Below are positions 24,106 to 34,668 of a DNA stretch of 64,000 nucleotides, piece after piece. The translations under genes were made by a program, and so were the position numbers. This DNA comes from Bilabrum cf. latius (taxonomy: Eukaryota): NCBI GenBank assembly GCA_965178125.1, contig OZ237767.1:558001-622000 (forward strand). The letters are read 5' to 3'. Each line of letters begins with the position of its first letter. Positions within the stretch are counted from its first letter, which is position 1. The notes beneath the pieces were generated by a model, which had not been told where the DNA came from, made no database searches, and worked only from the letters and a program-made list of their open reading frames with translations.

Positions 24106-25404
24106 ATGCGCCCGCCGGCATCATTGGCCACCCGCACCTCCTGTGCCCTCGGCCACCCACCCACCCCCGCTACCTGGCTTCCGGTGGATGCTGGATGTGC
24201 GCCTGTCCCAGTCCCAAGCCACCGTTCAAAGCGATCCAGAACCGAAGCAACGGCACCCCGAGGCCAAGAACGAGGCGATCAAAACAATCAAGTGCCCGAG
24301 CCTTCGAGCCCCGCAAAGAAACGCCCTCATTAGGACGAGCCGCGCAGCTACCTAGAGGAGGCTGCCGCGCTCAGTCAAGACCCCACGGCAATCGACTTCG
24401 AGGACATTGATCCCAACGACGAAGCAGAGGACGAATATGACGTCGACCTTGCCGCAGCACGACAAGTGCAAGCCTTGCACGTAGCTGGGAACATTGCAGT
24501 GGCTGGTGACCTGCCGCAGAGAGTCGACCTGGAGAACAGCACGGCTATCGGCAACGCGGAATTCAGGCCATACAACTGCACCGATGCGAACGCAAAGCTG
24601 CTGGCACTGCTTCATGAGCCTGCAAGATAGTCCACCGCAGTGACTGGAATGCTTGCTGAAGTCATCATCCTGAATGCGGTGGCCAGTGCCGACCCCGAGG
24701 GTGACCACCGCGCGACCATGGACAAGCTCAGCATCCTCACTCTCCGGAAGGCCTTCAACCTAGGGAAATCGGCCTCGCAAGCTGCAGGGTGGTCCGATGA
24801 GCACACCGAGCTGGAGTACAAGGTGTATCCTGCCAGCGTAGCGCAGATCGCAGCGCTCGGAGCCTCCCCTGCCGCCTGCGGGGACGACATCTCCAGCATC
24901 CCTCTCGCGGTGCCCCACGCGTCCGGTGTGGCAGCCTGCCTCGAGGTGCACGAGAAGTTCCTACCGATCGATGGCATCGGCACAAAAATGCAAAGGCTGC
25001 ACGAGACCGCGAGGCTGGTAGGGGGCGCAAAAGAGCACTCCACGACTTTTGTGCTTGCGCACTGCGCGCACATTGCAGACGAAGAAATGCTCGAAGATGC
25101 AGTCACGGAGCACTTTGGGTCCGGATCAACCGCATGCTCTGCCCCACGAGGTGCCTATGAAGTCTACAGCGCGGCCGCCACGCGCTTCCCGACAGCTGGG
25201 GGCCGCGCGGACCCCGGCGCCAGCCCGCCCCTAACCATCAAGGATGCGTTGACTCGCGAGCCGTTTACGGAGGTCTCTGAGGAAGAGTACCAAACGGCGA
25301 GGAAGGATGCGCTGCAAATATTTGCGTCCGTGCTCGAGAGGCACACGGACGTGATCAGCGACCACGGAATCCTGACTGCTTCCGCAGAATCGGGAAAGGG
25401 CGCT

Positions 25405-25444
<40 letters not shown>

Positions 25445-27753
25445 AAGTTCTCGCCGCAGCTGGAGATGCCAGCGAAGAGGATGAAGAAGAGGACGCAGAC
25501 ACCGAATGCATGCCGCTCTGGATGCGAGCCGGTCGAATGGATGCTGCCTTGGCTAGGCTGATCGACGAGAGCGGCGTCTCGACGAGGGTCACTGCGGTCG
25601 AGCCCACGAGGGGCGATGGCGAGCCCCACGCCTACAGCATGCCGGGCGAGTCCTCATGGGAAGAGTGCGCCAGCATCTTTGCAGACTAGGCCAGGCACCT
25701 CGTACAGGCCGTGGATATCGATGAGGCAGCCTATACGTACATTCTCCGTGCTGTCAAGATCGCGCTAGAGCAGCTTGCGCAAGGCAACGGTGCCAGCCCC
25801 TTCGAGTCGGTGAGTCAACTGCGCCCCACAACTGCCGTCATACTCTCGATGCGATCCTCGACAAGGAATGCTTGCACGCCCAGAAACGCACCAGAAGACC
25901 CCATGCGCAATTGCACAGGCTGGGGCCAAGCGGGTGGTCCGACCTATAGGATGGACGGAATCCACCGCACGGTACATTCTCGTGCCGTCCGTCAGGGACA
26001 GCACCGCACGGTACATTCTCGTTCCGTCCGTCAGGGACAGCACCGCACGGTACATTCTCGTTCCGTCCGTCAGGGACAGCACCGCACGTCCGAGCATCCC
26101 TGCCCCAGCTTCACAACTGCTCACAACTGCCCACCACTGCCCGCACCCGCACCGCAGGCTTCGTACGTTGGCTACGCCATCTCGTTCACTCGCATCTTCC
26201 GCGACCACCTCATCACCATGGTGAAGGCAAGGATGGAAGGCATCGGCTCCATCATTAGCAAGCACGGCAAGGGACTGGTGCGCCGCATGCAGGAGAAGGG
26301 CTTCGATCCTGCAAACTGCGAGGTCTACGCTGGCCTATTCCGGCTGGCGTGCACCGTGTCCGAGCAGCTGCAGGCCGTGAGACTCCAGCCCGAGGACGAC
26401 GCGCACAAGCAGCTGCTTCGCATGGGCGTCACGTGGTCCGGCCCCGACGGAGCCTCCGCCGCTGGCAGGGCGCTCGTGGCCATGCAGCGGGCGCGGGTCG
26501 AGGTCGACGGCGCGTCGACGGGCGAGTGCCTTGCCTTTGCTGCCGACTGCGTCGAGGACCAGCGAGCGAGCGCTCTCAGCCTCGAGAGCATCCTCATCTT
26601 CAGCAGCACGCCACTCTTCAACGCCTTGGCGCTGGCAACCTGCGCGCTGTCGCGCGTGCAGATGAGCGAGCGCAGGGCAGCCAGGCTGGCCGGGTGCCGG
26701 CTTCCTGCAGGGGCCGCCCTCCTGCCGTACGAAGCCGCCATCCGCGCCGCGATGCAGAAACAGGCCGCATTCATCCGCTGGATGGAAGGGAATCACGTAA
26801 AAGCCATGGACATCGTCAGGGCGCTCGAGGCCTCGTCCCCAAGCGGCCGCTCTCCGCTGGGCATCTACGGAGTGATGCACGTGCAGAGAGGACGGACCGT
26901 GAGCGGGCCTGCCATCCACACCCTCTACGCCCTGTCCCAGTCCGCGGCCGGCGAGAAGCTCGCTCGGATCACGGCCGCCAAGCACGTCGGCGACCCGGAC
27001 GCGCGCCGCGCGCGGGAGCGGCTGATCGAGCTCATGCCGACGATCGAGCGCAAGCGCCTCGCAGAGCTCGTCGTCCGCCACACCCCAGGACGCAGCGACA
27101 AAGAAGGGTATCAAAAGCAGGTGCTGAAGTCCATGAACAAGCTGACGACCAGCTACAACGGCGACGTCTAGGGCACCGGCTCGCTGCTGCGCGACATCGT
27201 CGACTTCATGCTCCGCACCCAGCCAGACCACCCGCGCGCCATCCCGGCGGACGAACTTAAGCCCTGGTTCAGCAGCGAGCGGGCGTGGCGCACGGGCATG
27301 AGCAGGCACGGCCTGCACAACGACCACGCCCAGCAGCGGCTCGCCAAGGTCTACCTGGTCCTCATGGAGCAGCTCTTCGCCCAGCCGCACGTGGCCGGCC
27401 ACCTGAGGCGCGGCGCGACCCTCAAGAGCCAGTGGTTCAACAAGGACAAAGGACACCTCGACAAGTCCAAGTACATCTACCACGACATGGCCAGGCTCGT
27501 GCACAGCGACGCCTACTGGGACGCCTTCGCCCAGACCTCGATGGTCAGGAGGATCGTCCCCGGGCTCCACGTCCAGGCACGACTCCGCAAGCTCCGCCAC
27601 ACGGGCAAGCAATGGTTCCCGCTGGTCCAGGACCTTCCTACAGTGTTATTCTCGCACCCGTTCAAGCACTTGGAGGGGCTGCAGCCGGACGGCGGAGCAG
27701 GCGAAGCTCCAGGCGCTGCCACCGGAGGAGCGGCTCGCGGAGCCGGCCAGTGA
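24106..27753 (+). CDS. Orphan ~1100-1200 aa protein (4 in-frame TAGs; probable in-frame intron 25810-26157)
   Basis: ORFs 23956, 24640, 25711 and 27208 share one frame joined by TAG, ending TGA. A 348-nt GTGAGT...CCGCAG segment contains a 39-bp repeat. The start codon is uncertain. Confidence 0.65.
25963..26088. repeat. 39-bp tandem repeat x3, inside the putative intron
   Basis: caccgcacggtacattctcgttccgtccgtcagggacag at 25963 (one mismatch), 26002 and 26041. Confidence 0.9.
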
Positions 27754-28538
27754 GGCCTGCTCGCCGCCGGCCTCGGCATCATCGCCTGCGGCAGTGCGCA
27801 GACTCTTTGCTCGAGTCTTGCAATGGCCGGGGAACAAGCCCGGCGGATGCATTCCCGCTAATCTCGGTTGTTGTGCAAACGCGCTGCGGCCCGCGGGTGA
27901 ATGCGGTTGGATTGCGTGTAGTGACCTCAGTAGTACCCAGGGAGAAACAGTAAAGATATTGCATTGCCAAGCACTCACTGACCGCACTTGTGATGTATCT
28001 GTGCGCGCAGATACTAGACATCACTGTATACTGCCACATGCACGAGCCAACCCCGATCACAATCGGGTACCGACCAATCAGATATGAATTGCACTACAGG
28101 TGAGACGTGGCGTCGAGTGCAGACGTGAAAAGTCGTATCGTTACATTCAATCATCATCATCACCTTCGAGATCTCGCACCGGACCCTCGTCCAACACTTA
28201 ATCTCTGTGGCACTCATCGAGACTCCCGAGTTCACTCAGGATGATCCAGAAGCACCTATACCCCGCCGTGGTGGGGTTGTGCTGCAGCTGGAGCTCCTGG
28301 ATCCTCGGGCTCGATCTCTTGAGGAGGTGCTTCGCCAGGGTCAGCAGCTGCGACTGCTCCCCCCCGGGCTCCGCCCTGCAGGTTGAGTGCAGAAGTCGTT
28401 AATATTAAGAGGAGAAGTCGTTAACGGTTGCAACCTTTTGTTCAACGCACCAAATCTTTGAATCCATCCCACCCACCCCCCCCTGCCTGGCTTCCGGCGG
28501 ATGCTGGGTGTGCCTGGGTAGGCCGATCGCACGCTGCC

Positions 28539-30901
28539 CGAGCTCACTCTGGGCGAGGCTGTGGTGAAGTAGCTGGAGCTCCCAGCAGCCTGGGCTGCTC
28601 CTCCGTGGGGCTGGAGCCAACGCAGCGGAGCCGGATCGATGGGGGAAAAAAGAAAATTTCGAGCTCACTCTGGGCGAGGCTGTGGTGAAGTAGCTGGAGC
28701 TCCCAGCAGCCTGGGCTGCTCCTCCGTGGGGCTGAAGCCAACGCAGCGGAGCCGGATCGATGGGGGAAAAAAGAAAATTTCGAGCTCACTCTGGGCGAGG
28801 CTGTGGTGAAGTAGCTGGAGCTCCCAGCAGCCTGGGCTGCTCCTCCGTGGGGCTGGAGCCAACGCAGCGGAGCCGGATCGATGGGGGAAAAAAGAAAATT
28901 TCGAGCTCACTCTGGGCGAGGCTGTGGTGAAGTAGCTGGAGCTCCCAGCAGCCTGGGCTGCTCCTCCGTGGGGCTGGAGCCAACGCAGCGGAGCCGGATC
29001 GATGGGGGAAAAAAGAAAATTTCGAGCTCACTCTGGGCGAGGCTGTGGTGAAGTAGCTGGAGCTCCCAGCAGCCTGGGCTGCTCCTCCGTGGGGCTGGAG
29101 CCAACGCAGCGGAGCCGGATCGATGGGGGAAAAAAGAAAATTTCGAGCTCACTCTGGGCGAGGCTGTGGTGAAGTAGCTGGAGCTCCCAGCAGCCTGGGC
29201 TGCTCCTCCGTGGGGCTGGAGCCAACGCAGCGGAGCCGGATCGATGGGGGAAAAAAGAAAATTTCGAGCTCACTCTGGGCGAGGCTGTGGTGAAGTAGCT
29301 GGAGCTCCCAGCAGCCTGGGCTGCTCCTCCGTGGGGCTGGAGCCAACGCAGCGGAGCCGGATCGATGGGGGAAAAAAGAAAATTTCGAGCTCACTCTGGG
29401 CGAGGCTGTGGTGAAGTAGCTGGAGCTCCCAGCAGCCTGGGCCGCTCCTCCGTGGGGCTGGAGCCAACGCAGCGGAGCCGGATCGATGGGGGAAAAAAGA
29501 AAATTTCGAGCTCACTCTGGGCGAGGCTGTGGTGAAGTAGCTGGAGCTCCCAGCAACCTGGGCTGCTCCTCCGTGGGGCTGGAGCCAACGCAGCGGAGCC
29601 GGATCGATGGGGGAAAAAAGAAAATTTCGAGCTCACTCTGGGCGAGGCTGTGGTGAAGTAGCTGGAGCTCCCAGCAGCCTGGGCTGCTCCTCCGTGGGGC
29701 TGGAGCCAACGCAGCGGAGCCGGATCGATGGGGGAAAAAAGAAAATTTCGAGCTCACTCTGGGCGAGGCTGTGGTGAAGTAGCTGGAGCTCCCAGCAGCC
29801 TGGGCTGCTCCTCCGTGGGGCTGGAGCCAACGCAGCGGAGCCGGATCGATGGGGGAAAAAAGAAAATTTCGAGCTCACTCTTATATTCACTCTGGGCGAG
29901 GCTGTGGTGAAGTAGCTGGAGCTCCCAGCAGCCTGGGCCGCTCCTCCGTGGGGCTGGAGCCAACGCAGCGGAGCCGGATCGATGGGGGAAAAAAGAAAAT
30001 TTCGAGCTCACTCTGGGCGAGGCTGTGGTGAAGTAGCTGGAGCTCCCAGCAGCCTGGGCTGCTCCTCCGTGGGGCTGGAGCCAACGCAGCGGAGCCGGAT
30101 CGATGGGGGAAAAAAGAAAATTTCGAGCTCACTCTGGGCGAGGCTGTGGTGAAGTAGCTGGAGCTCCCAGCAGCCTGGGCTGCTCCTCCGTGGGGCTGGA
30201 GCCAACGCAGCGGAGCCGGATCGATGGGGGAAAAAAGAAAATTTCGAGCTCACTCTGGGCGAGGCTGTGGTGAAGTAGCTGGAGCTCCCAGCAGCCTGGG
30301 CTGCTCCTCCGTGGGGCTGGAGCCAACGCAGCGGAGCCGGATCGATGGGGGAAAAAAGAAAATTTCGAGCTCACTCTGGGCGAGGCTGTGGTGAAGTAGC
30401 TGGAGCTCCCAGCAGCCTGGGCTGCTCCTCCGTGGGGCTGGAGCCAACGCAGCGGAGCCGGATCGATGGGGGAAAAAAGAAAATTCCGAGCTCACTCTGG
30501 GCGAGGCTGTGGTGAAGTAGCTGGAGCTCCCAGCAGCCTGGGCTGCTCCTCCGTGGGGCTGGAGCCAACGCAGCGGAGCCGGATCGATGGGGGAAAAAAG
30601 AAAATTTCGAGCTCACTCTGGGCGAGGCTGTGGTGAAGTAGCTGGAGCTCCCAGCAGCCTGGGCCGCTCCTCCGTGGGGCTGGAGCCAACGCAGCGGAGC
30701 CGGATCGATGGGGGAAAAAAGAAAATTTCGAGCTCACTCTGGGCGAGGCTGTGGTGAAGTAGCTGGAGCTCCCAGCAACCTGGGCTGCTCCTCCGTGGGG
30801 CTGGAGCCAACGCAGCGGAGCCGGATCGATGGGGGAAAAAAGAAAATTTCGAGCTCACTCTGGGCGAGGCTGTGGTGAAGTAGCTGGAGCTCCCAGCAGC
30901 C
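28539..30901. repeat. 121-bp tandem array, left arm (~19 copies); unit contains the tRNA-Cys 3' end plus oligo-T terminator
   Basis: Unit gagctcactctgggcgaggctgtgg...gatgggggaaaaaagaaaatttc. Copies differ by a few SNPs; one 12-bp insertion at 29881. Confidence 0.97.
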
Positions 30902-31326
30902 CCCCCCGCTACGGTAATAAATAAATTTATTCCCTTCGGTTAAGGATGATTAACATCATCAATAATTACGTTCAGTCAGAGCTAAAGCTCTTCCCTCTCT
31001 CCATTCCTTTTCTCGCTAGTCGCTCCAAAAGTCAAGGTGAGCCTCTTCATACTGCTACTTCATATAACTGCTTTATCCTTCTAATTATAGAAAATCAATT
31101 ATATATAAAACTCTATACGATGACCATATCCACAAATTGCGTATTAGTATATGTATTATTTAGCAAAACGTGGATGTAGCCCTCTTGTGAAGGTGTTCTG
31201 GGACTCTAGCCATTTTCTAGCCAAAAGTTCCATCACTTTATGGGACTCCATTATTCAACCTTCTAAACTACCTTCATTATACCCCCTTATCCTCGCTTAT
31301 ACCTTCACAAATGGAACAAACGCGCT
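30902..31326 (+). repeat. Left terminal inverted repeat (~425 bp)
   Basis: Reverse complement of 57329-57749 apart from a few SNPs and a swapped hairpin at 30945-30960. Confidence 0.95.
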
Positions 31327-31348
31327 TTTATTTTTAAATTGTTATAGA

Positions 31349-31367
31349 GCGTTTAAATTGACTTAAA
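31349..31367 (+). promoter_or_regulatory. Virophage promoter-like motif, consensus GCGTTTAAAATGACTTAAA (representative copy)
   Basis: Related copies end 28-31 nt upstream of the ATGs at 31396, 32505, 45900, 46332, 47751(-), 48267, 51588(-) and 54424(-). Partial copies precede 45027 and 47844. Confidence 0.75.
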
Positions 31368-31395
31368 AAATATATTTATTATAGGTATATACAGA

Positions 31396-32415
31396 ATGGA
31401 ATTATTAAAATGGGAAAATGGAACCTTGAAAGCTACACAACCAAAAGAATATTATGAACGAAATGGATTTTAGGTTAATTTTGAAGGGAAAACCTATCAT
31501 ATAGCAATGGATAAAGATTATATAAGATGGTTTTTGAAGGACTATAAACCTTATGAAATAATAACAACATTCATAACAGATATGAGTGAAGTATTCAATG
31601 GATAGGATAAATTTAATGAACCTTTGAATACTTGGGATGTTTCAAATGTTAAGGATATGAGTTTAATGTTTCAAAGTTGTAGAAGCTTTAATCAACCATT
31701 GAGCAATTGGGATGTTTCTAAGGTTGAAAAAATGTCGTCTATGTTCTATTTTTGTTCTAAATTCAATCAATCATTGAACGATTGGAATGTTAGTAATGTT
31801 AGGGATATGAGTGGTATGTTTGGTTCTTGTTCAAGATTCAATCAACCATTGGATAATTGGGATGTTTCTAAGGTTGAAAATATGTCCTCTATGTTTAATG
31901 GATGTTGGAACTTCAATCAACCATTGGATAATTGGGATGTTTCTAACGTTGAAAATATGTCCTCTATGTTCCATTATTCTGAATTCAATCAATCATTGAA
32001 CGATTGGAATGTTAGTAATGTTAGGGATATGAGTGGTATGTTTGGTTCTTGTTCAAGATTCAATCAACCATTGGGTAATTGGGATGTTTCTAACGTTGAA
32101 TATATATCCTCTATGTTTAATGGATGTTAGAACTTCAATCAACCATTGGATAATTGGGATGTTTCCAATGTCTAGAGTAAGTTTTAGATGTTAAAAGATT
32201 GTGAAAGTTTCAATCATTTAGAGAACGGTATTAAGGGTATAAGAATTGATTATTCTACAACATTGATACCGTTGTTAGAAAGACGAAAACATAAAACCAT
32301 TAAAAAAACAAAGAAATATAGAGAGGAATTAATTGCTAAAGCGTGGCACCCTTCAAGATTAGATTGGGTATTGGATAACGAGGAGCGAGACGAGATAGAG
32401 GATAATTTTAATTAA
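31396..32415 (+). CDS. DUF285/BspA-like repeat protein 1 (~339 aa, TAG read through)
   Basis: 22-aa repeats FNQPLxNWDVSxVxxMSxMF; C-terminal EELIAKAWHPSRL; TAA stop. Confidence 0.85.
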
Positions 32416-32504
32416 TAGAATTTTAATAATATTAATGATTATTTAATATTATAGTGTGAGTTTAAAAAGGCTTAAATAATATATTTATTATAGGTATATA
32501 CAGA

Positions 32505-33302
32505 ATGGAAGTTTTAAAATGGGAAAATGGAACCTTGAAAGCTACAAAACCAAAAGAATATTATTTTAGAAAAGATAATTATATTGTGAAATTTGAAGGT
32601 AAAACATATTACGTAGCTAAAGATACAGATTTTCTTCTTCACGCATTGTAGTTTTTGAAACCTGAATTATTAGTAACAACATTTATTACGAATATGTTAA
32701 ACCTATTTGATAATATGATAATTGAATCACCAATAAATTCATGGGATGTTTCAAATGTTAAAGATATGACCGATATGTTTTATGGGTGTCATTCGTTTAA
32801 TCAACCTTTAAATAACTGGGATGTTTCAAATGTTGAAGATATGGGCGGTATGTTTAATGAGTGTCATTCGTTTAACCAACCATTGAATAATTGGAATGTT
32901 TCAAATGTTGAAGATATGAGTGAAATGTTTAATGATTGCCATTCATTTAACCAACCATTGAATAATTGGAACGTTTCAAATGTTAAAGATATGTGCGGAA
33001 TGTTTTATGATTGCCATTCACTAAATCAACCTTTAAATAACTGGGATGTTTCAAATGTTGTAGATATGGAATGTATGTTTTCTAATTGTTTTAGTTTTAA
33101 TCATTTGGAGAATGGAATTAAGGATGAACGAATTGATTATTCCACGACATTAATCCCATCATTAGAAGAGCGGAAAGATGAAACAATTGAACAAACTAAA
33201 AAAATCAAAGAAGAATTAATTTCTAGAGCGTGGCACCCTTCAAGATTAGATTGGGTATTGGATAACGAGGAGCGAGACGAGATAGAGGATAATTTTAATT
33301 AA
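32505..33302 (+). CDS. DUF285/BspA-like repeat protein 2, tandem paralog (~265 aa)
   Basis: Same N-terminus (MExLKWENGTLKAT), fewer repeats, and identical last ~75 nt to gene 1. Confidence 0.85.
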
Positions 33303-33343
33303 GTTTTATTATAATAATTATTTTATTTTTAATTATTATAGAT

Positions 33344-33691
33344 ATGGTTTATATTGTATCATTAGCGTGGGGTAGTGAATGTTATCATACACACTGGGTT
33401 AAAAAGTTTAATAATAAGGAAGAAGCACAAAAGCTTTATACTGACACTTTAAAAGACCAAGCGAAGAGAGTTGTATGGAGTGATAATTGGAAAGAAGAAT
33501 ATAAAAAGGAAGCAGAAGGTCAAGTTGAAAGTTTTAATGATGACAACGGAACCGATTTCAAACTATTGAAAGAAGAAGAAATTGATAACCTTACTAATAG
33601 TGAATTAGAAGAGTATATAGAATTATCGTTGATGTATGCTGAAGAATATGATGATTCAAATGAATGGTTTGATATTGAGTTTTTAGAATAA
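33344..33691 (+). CDS. Acidic hypothetical virophage protein (115 aa)
   Basis: Clean ATG-TAA ORF with an AT-rich leader. Confidence 0.7.
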   Translation: MVYIVSLAWGSECYHTHWVKKFNNKEEAQKLYTDTLKDQAKRVVWSDNWKEEYKKEAEGQVESFNDDNGTDFKLLKEEEIDNLTNSELEEYIELSLMYAEEYDDSNEWFDIEFLE

Positions 33692-33738
33692 ATTTTTGAA
33701 TTTTAATAATACTATTATTATTATTATTAATATATAGT

Positions 33739-34155
33739 TTAATCCTTGGGTAAGATAAAGTCATCTATAGCCTTTTTGATGATGTCATCCTTCTATTTCT
33801 TTATTGATTTCTCAATGGCTTCCTTCTCTTTTTTAACCAATAAATCTATGGCTACGGTATCATTTAAGTCTTCACTTAGGCATTCAACATTTTCTTCATT
33901 TAGCTTGTGTATTATTCTAAATGGTTGAACGAAATATGATATATAATCAATTTCTTCAAATTCACTTAATACTCTTTTTTTAAGTCGTTCATTACAATCT
34001 GGAGGGACACGAAGGTCATCAAGTTGAAAATGCTTTAACATTGATGGTTTGTGCTTCTCAACATAAATATATACGATTGACATAAAAGTGGAGATGCTTT
34101 TATTCTTGAGTACCTTTTTAACGTTGACACTTGATAACAGGAACTTAACGAACAT
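33739..34155 (-). CDS. Hypothetical virophage protein (138 aa)
   Basis: Track ORF extended through the TAG at 33793 to TAA at 33739. Confidence 0.65.
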
Positions 34156-34256
34156 ATTATAATGTAGCCCAATATTTTATTTTAATTTATTAAACCCGTT
34201 TTATAAAATTCTATAGTTTAAAAAAAATAAAAAAAATATCTAGTAATTATATATAA

Positions 34257-34628
34257 ATGGATAAATTACAAAAAGTGATTAATACCCGCTCAAAGTTAAA
34301 GAATGAATTTCTTGATATTGTAGAAGACTTTAAGAAGACCAATCGTGAATTAGAACAAAAGTTAAAGCAACTAAAAATAAAAGAGACAGAATTAAAAAAT
34401 AAAGTGAATAGTAAATTAACCGCTCTTAATGTGGAATATAAAGAGGTGAGCAAAAAGAAAGCAGAAGCTATAGCCCCTTATATGAAAACTTTAAAAGCAT
34501 TAAAAGGAAGGATGACTGGATTGACAAAGAAAGACAAGGACAAGCTGATTGACGTTCATCAAGAGATAAGGAAAATTAAAGAATAGATTAAAGTAAATGA
34601 AGCTATTAATAGGCTTTTTAATTCGTGA
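34257..34628 (+). CDS. Coiled-coil hypothetical protein (123 aa)
   Basis: K/E-rich heptads; extended through the TAG at 34584 to TGA. Confidence 0.65.
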
Positions 34629-34668
34629 ATAATTAATTTATAAATATTAAAATCAATTAATATATATA

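Noticed and set aside
24106-27753. Calling the orphan ORF a tyrosine recombinase or reverse transcriptase
   Set aside because: No convincing R-H-R-Y or YxDD motif arrangement is seen; left as unknown.
28539-30901. 121-bp unit as 5S rRNA or snRNA
   Set aside because: The length is coincidental. I recognise no 5S conserved sequence or terminal helix, and the only recognisable part is the tRNA 3' end and terminator.
31151-31366. ORFs inside the TIRs (also 57226-57504)
   Set aside because: They lie in mirrored non-coding repeat sequence, diverge at the TIR border and lack the viral leader pattern.
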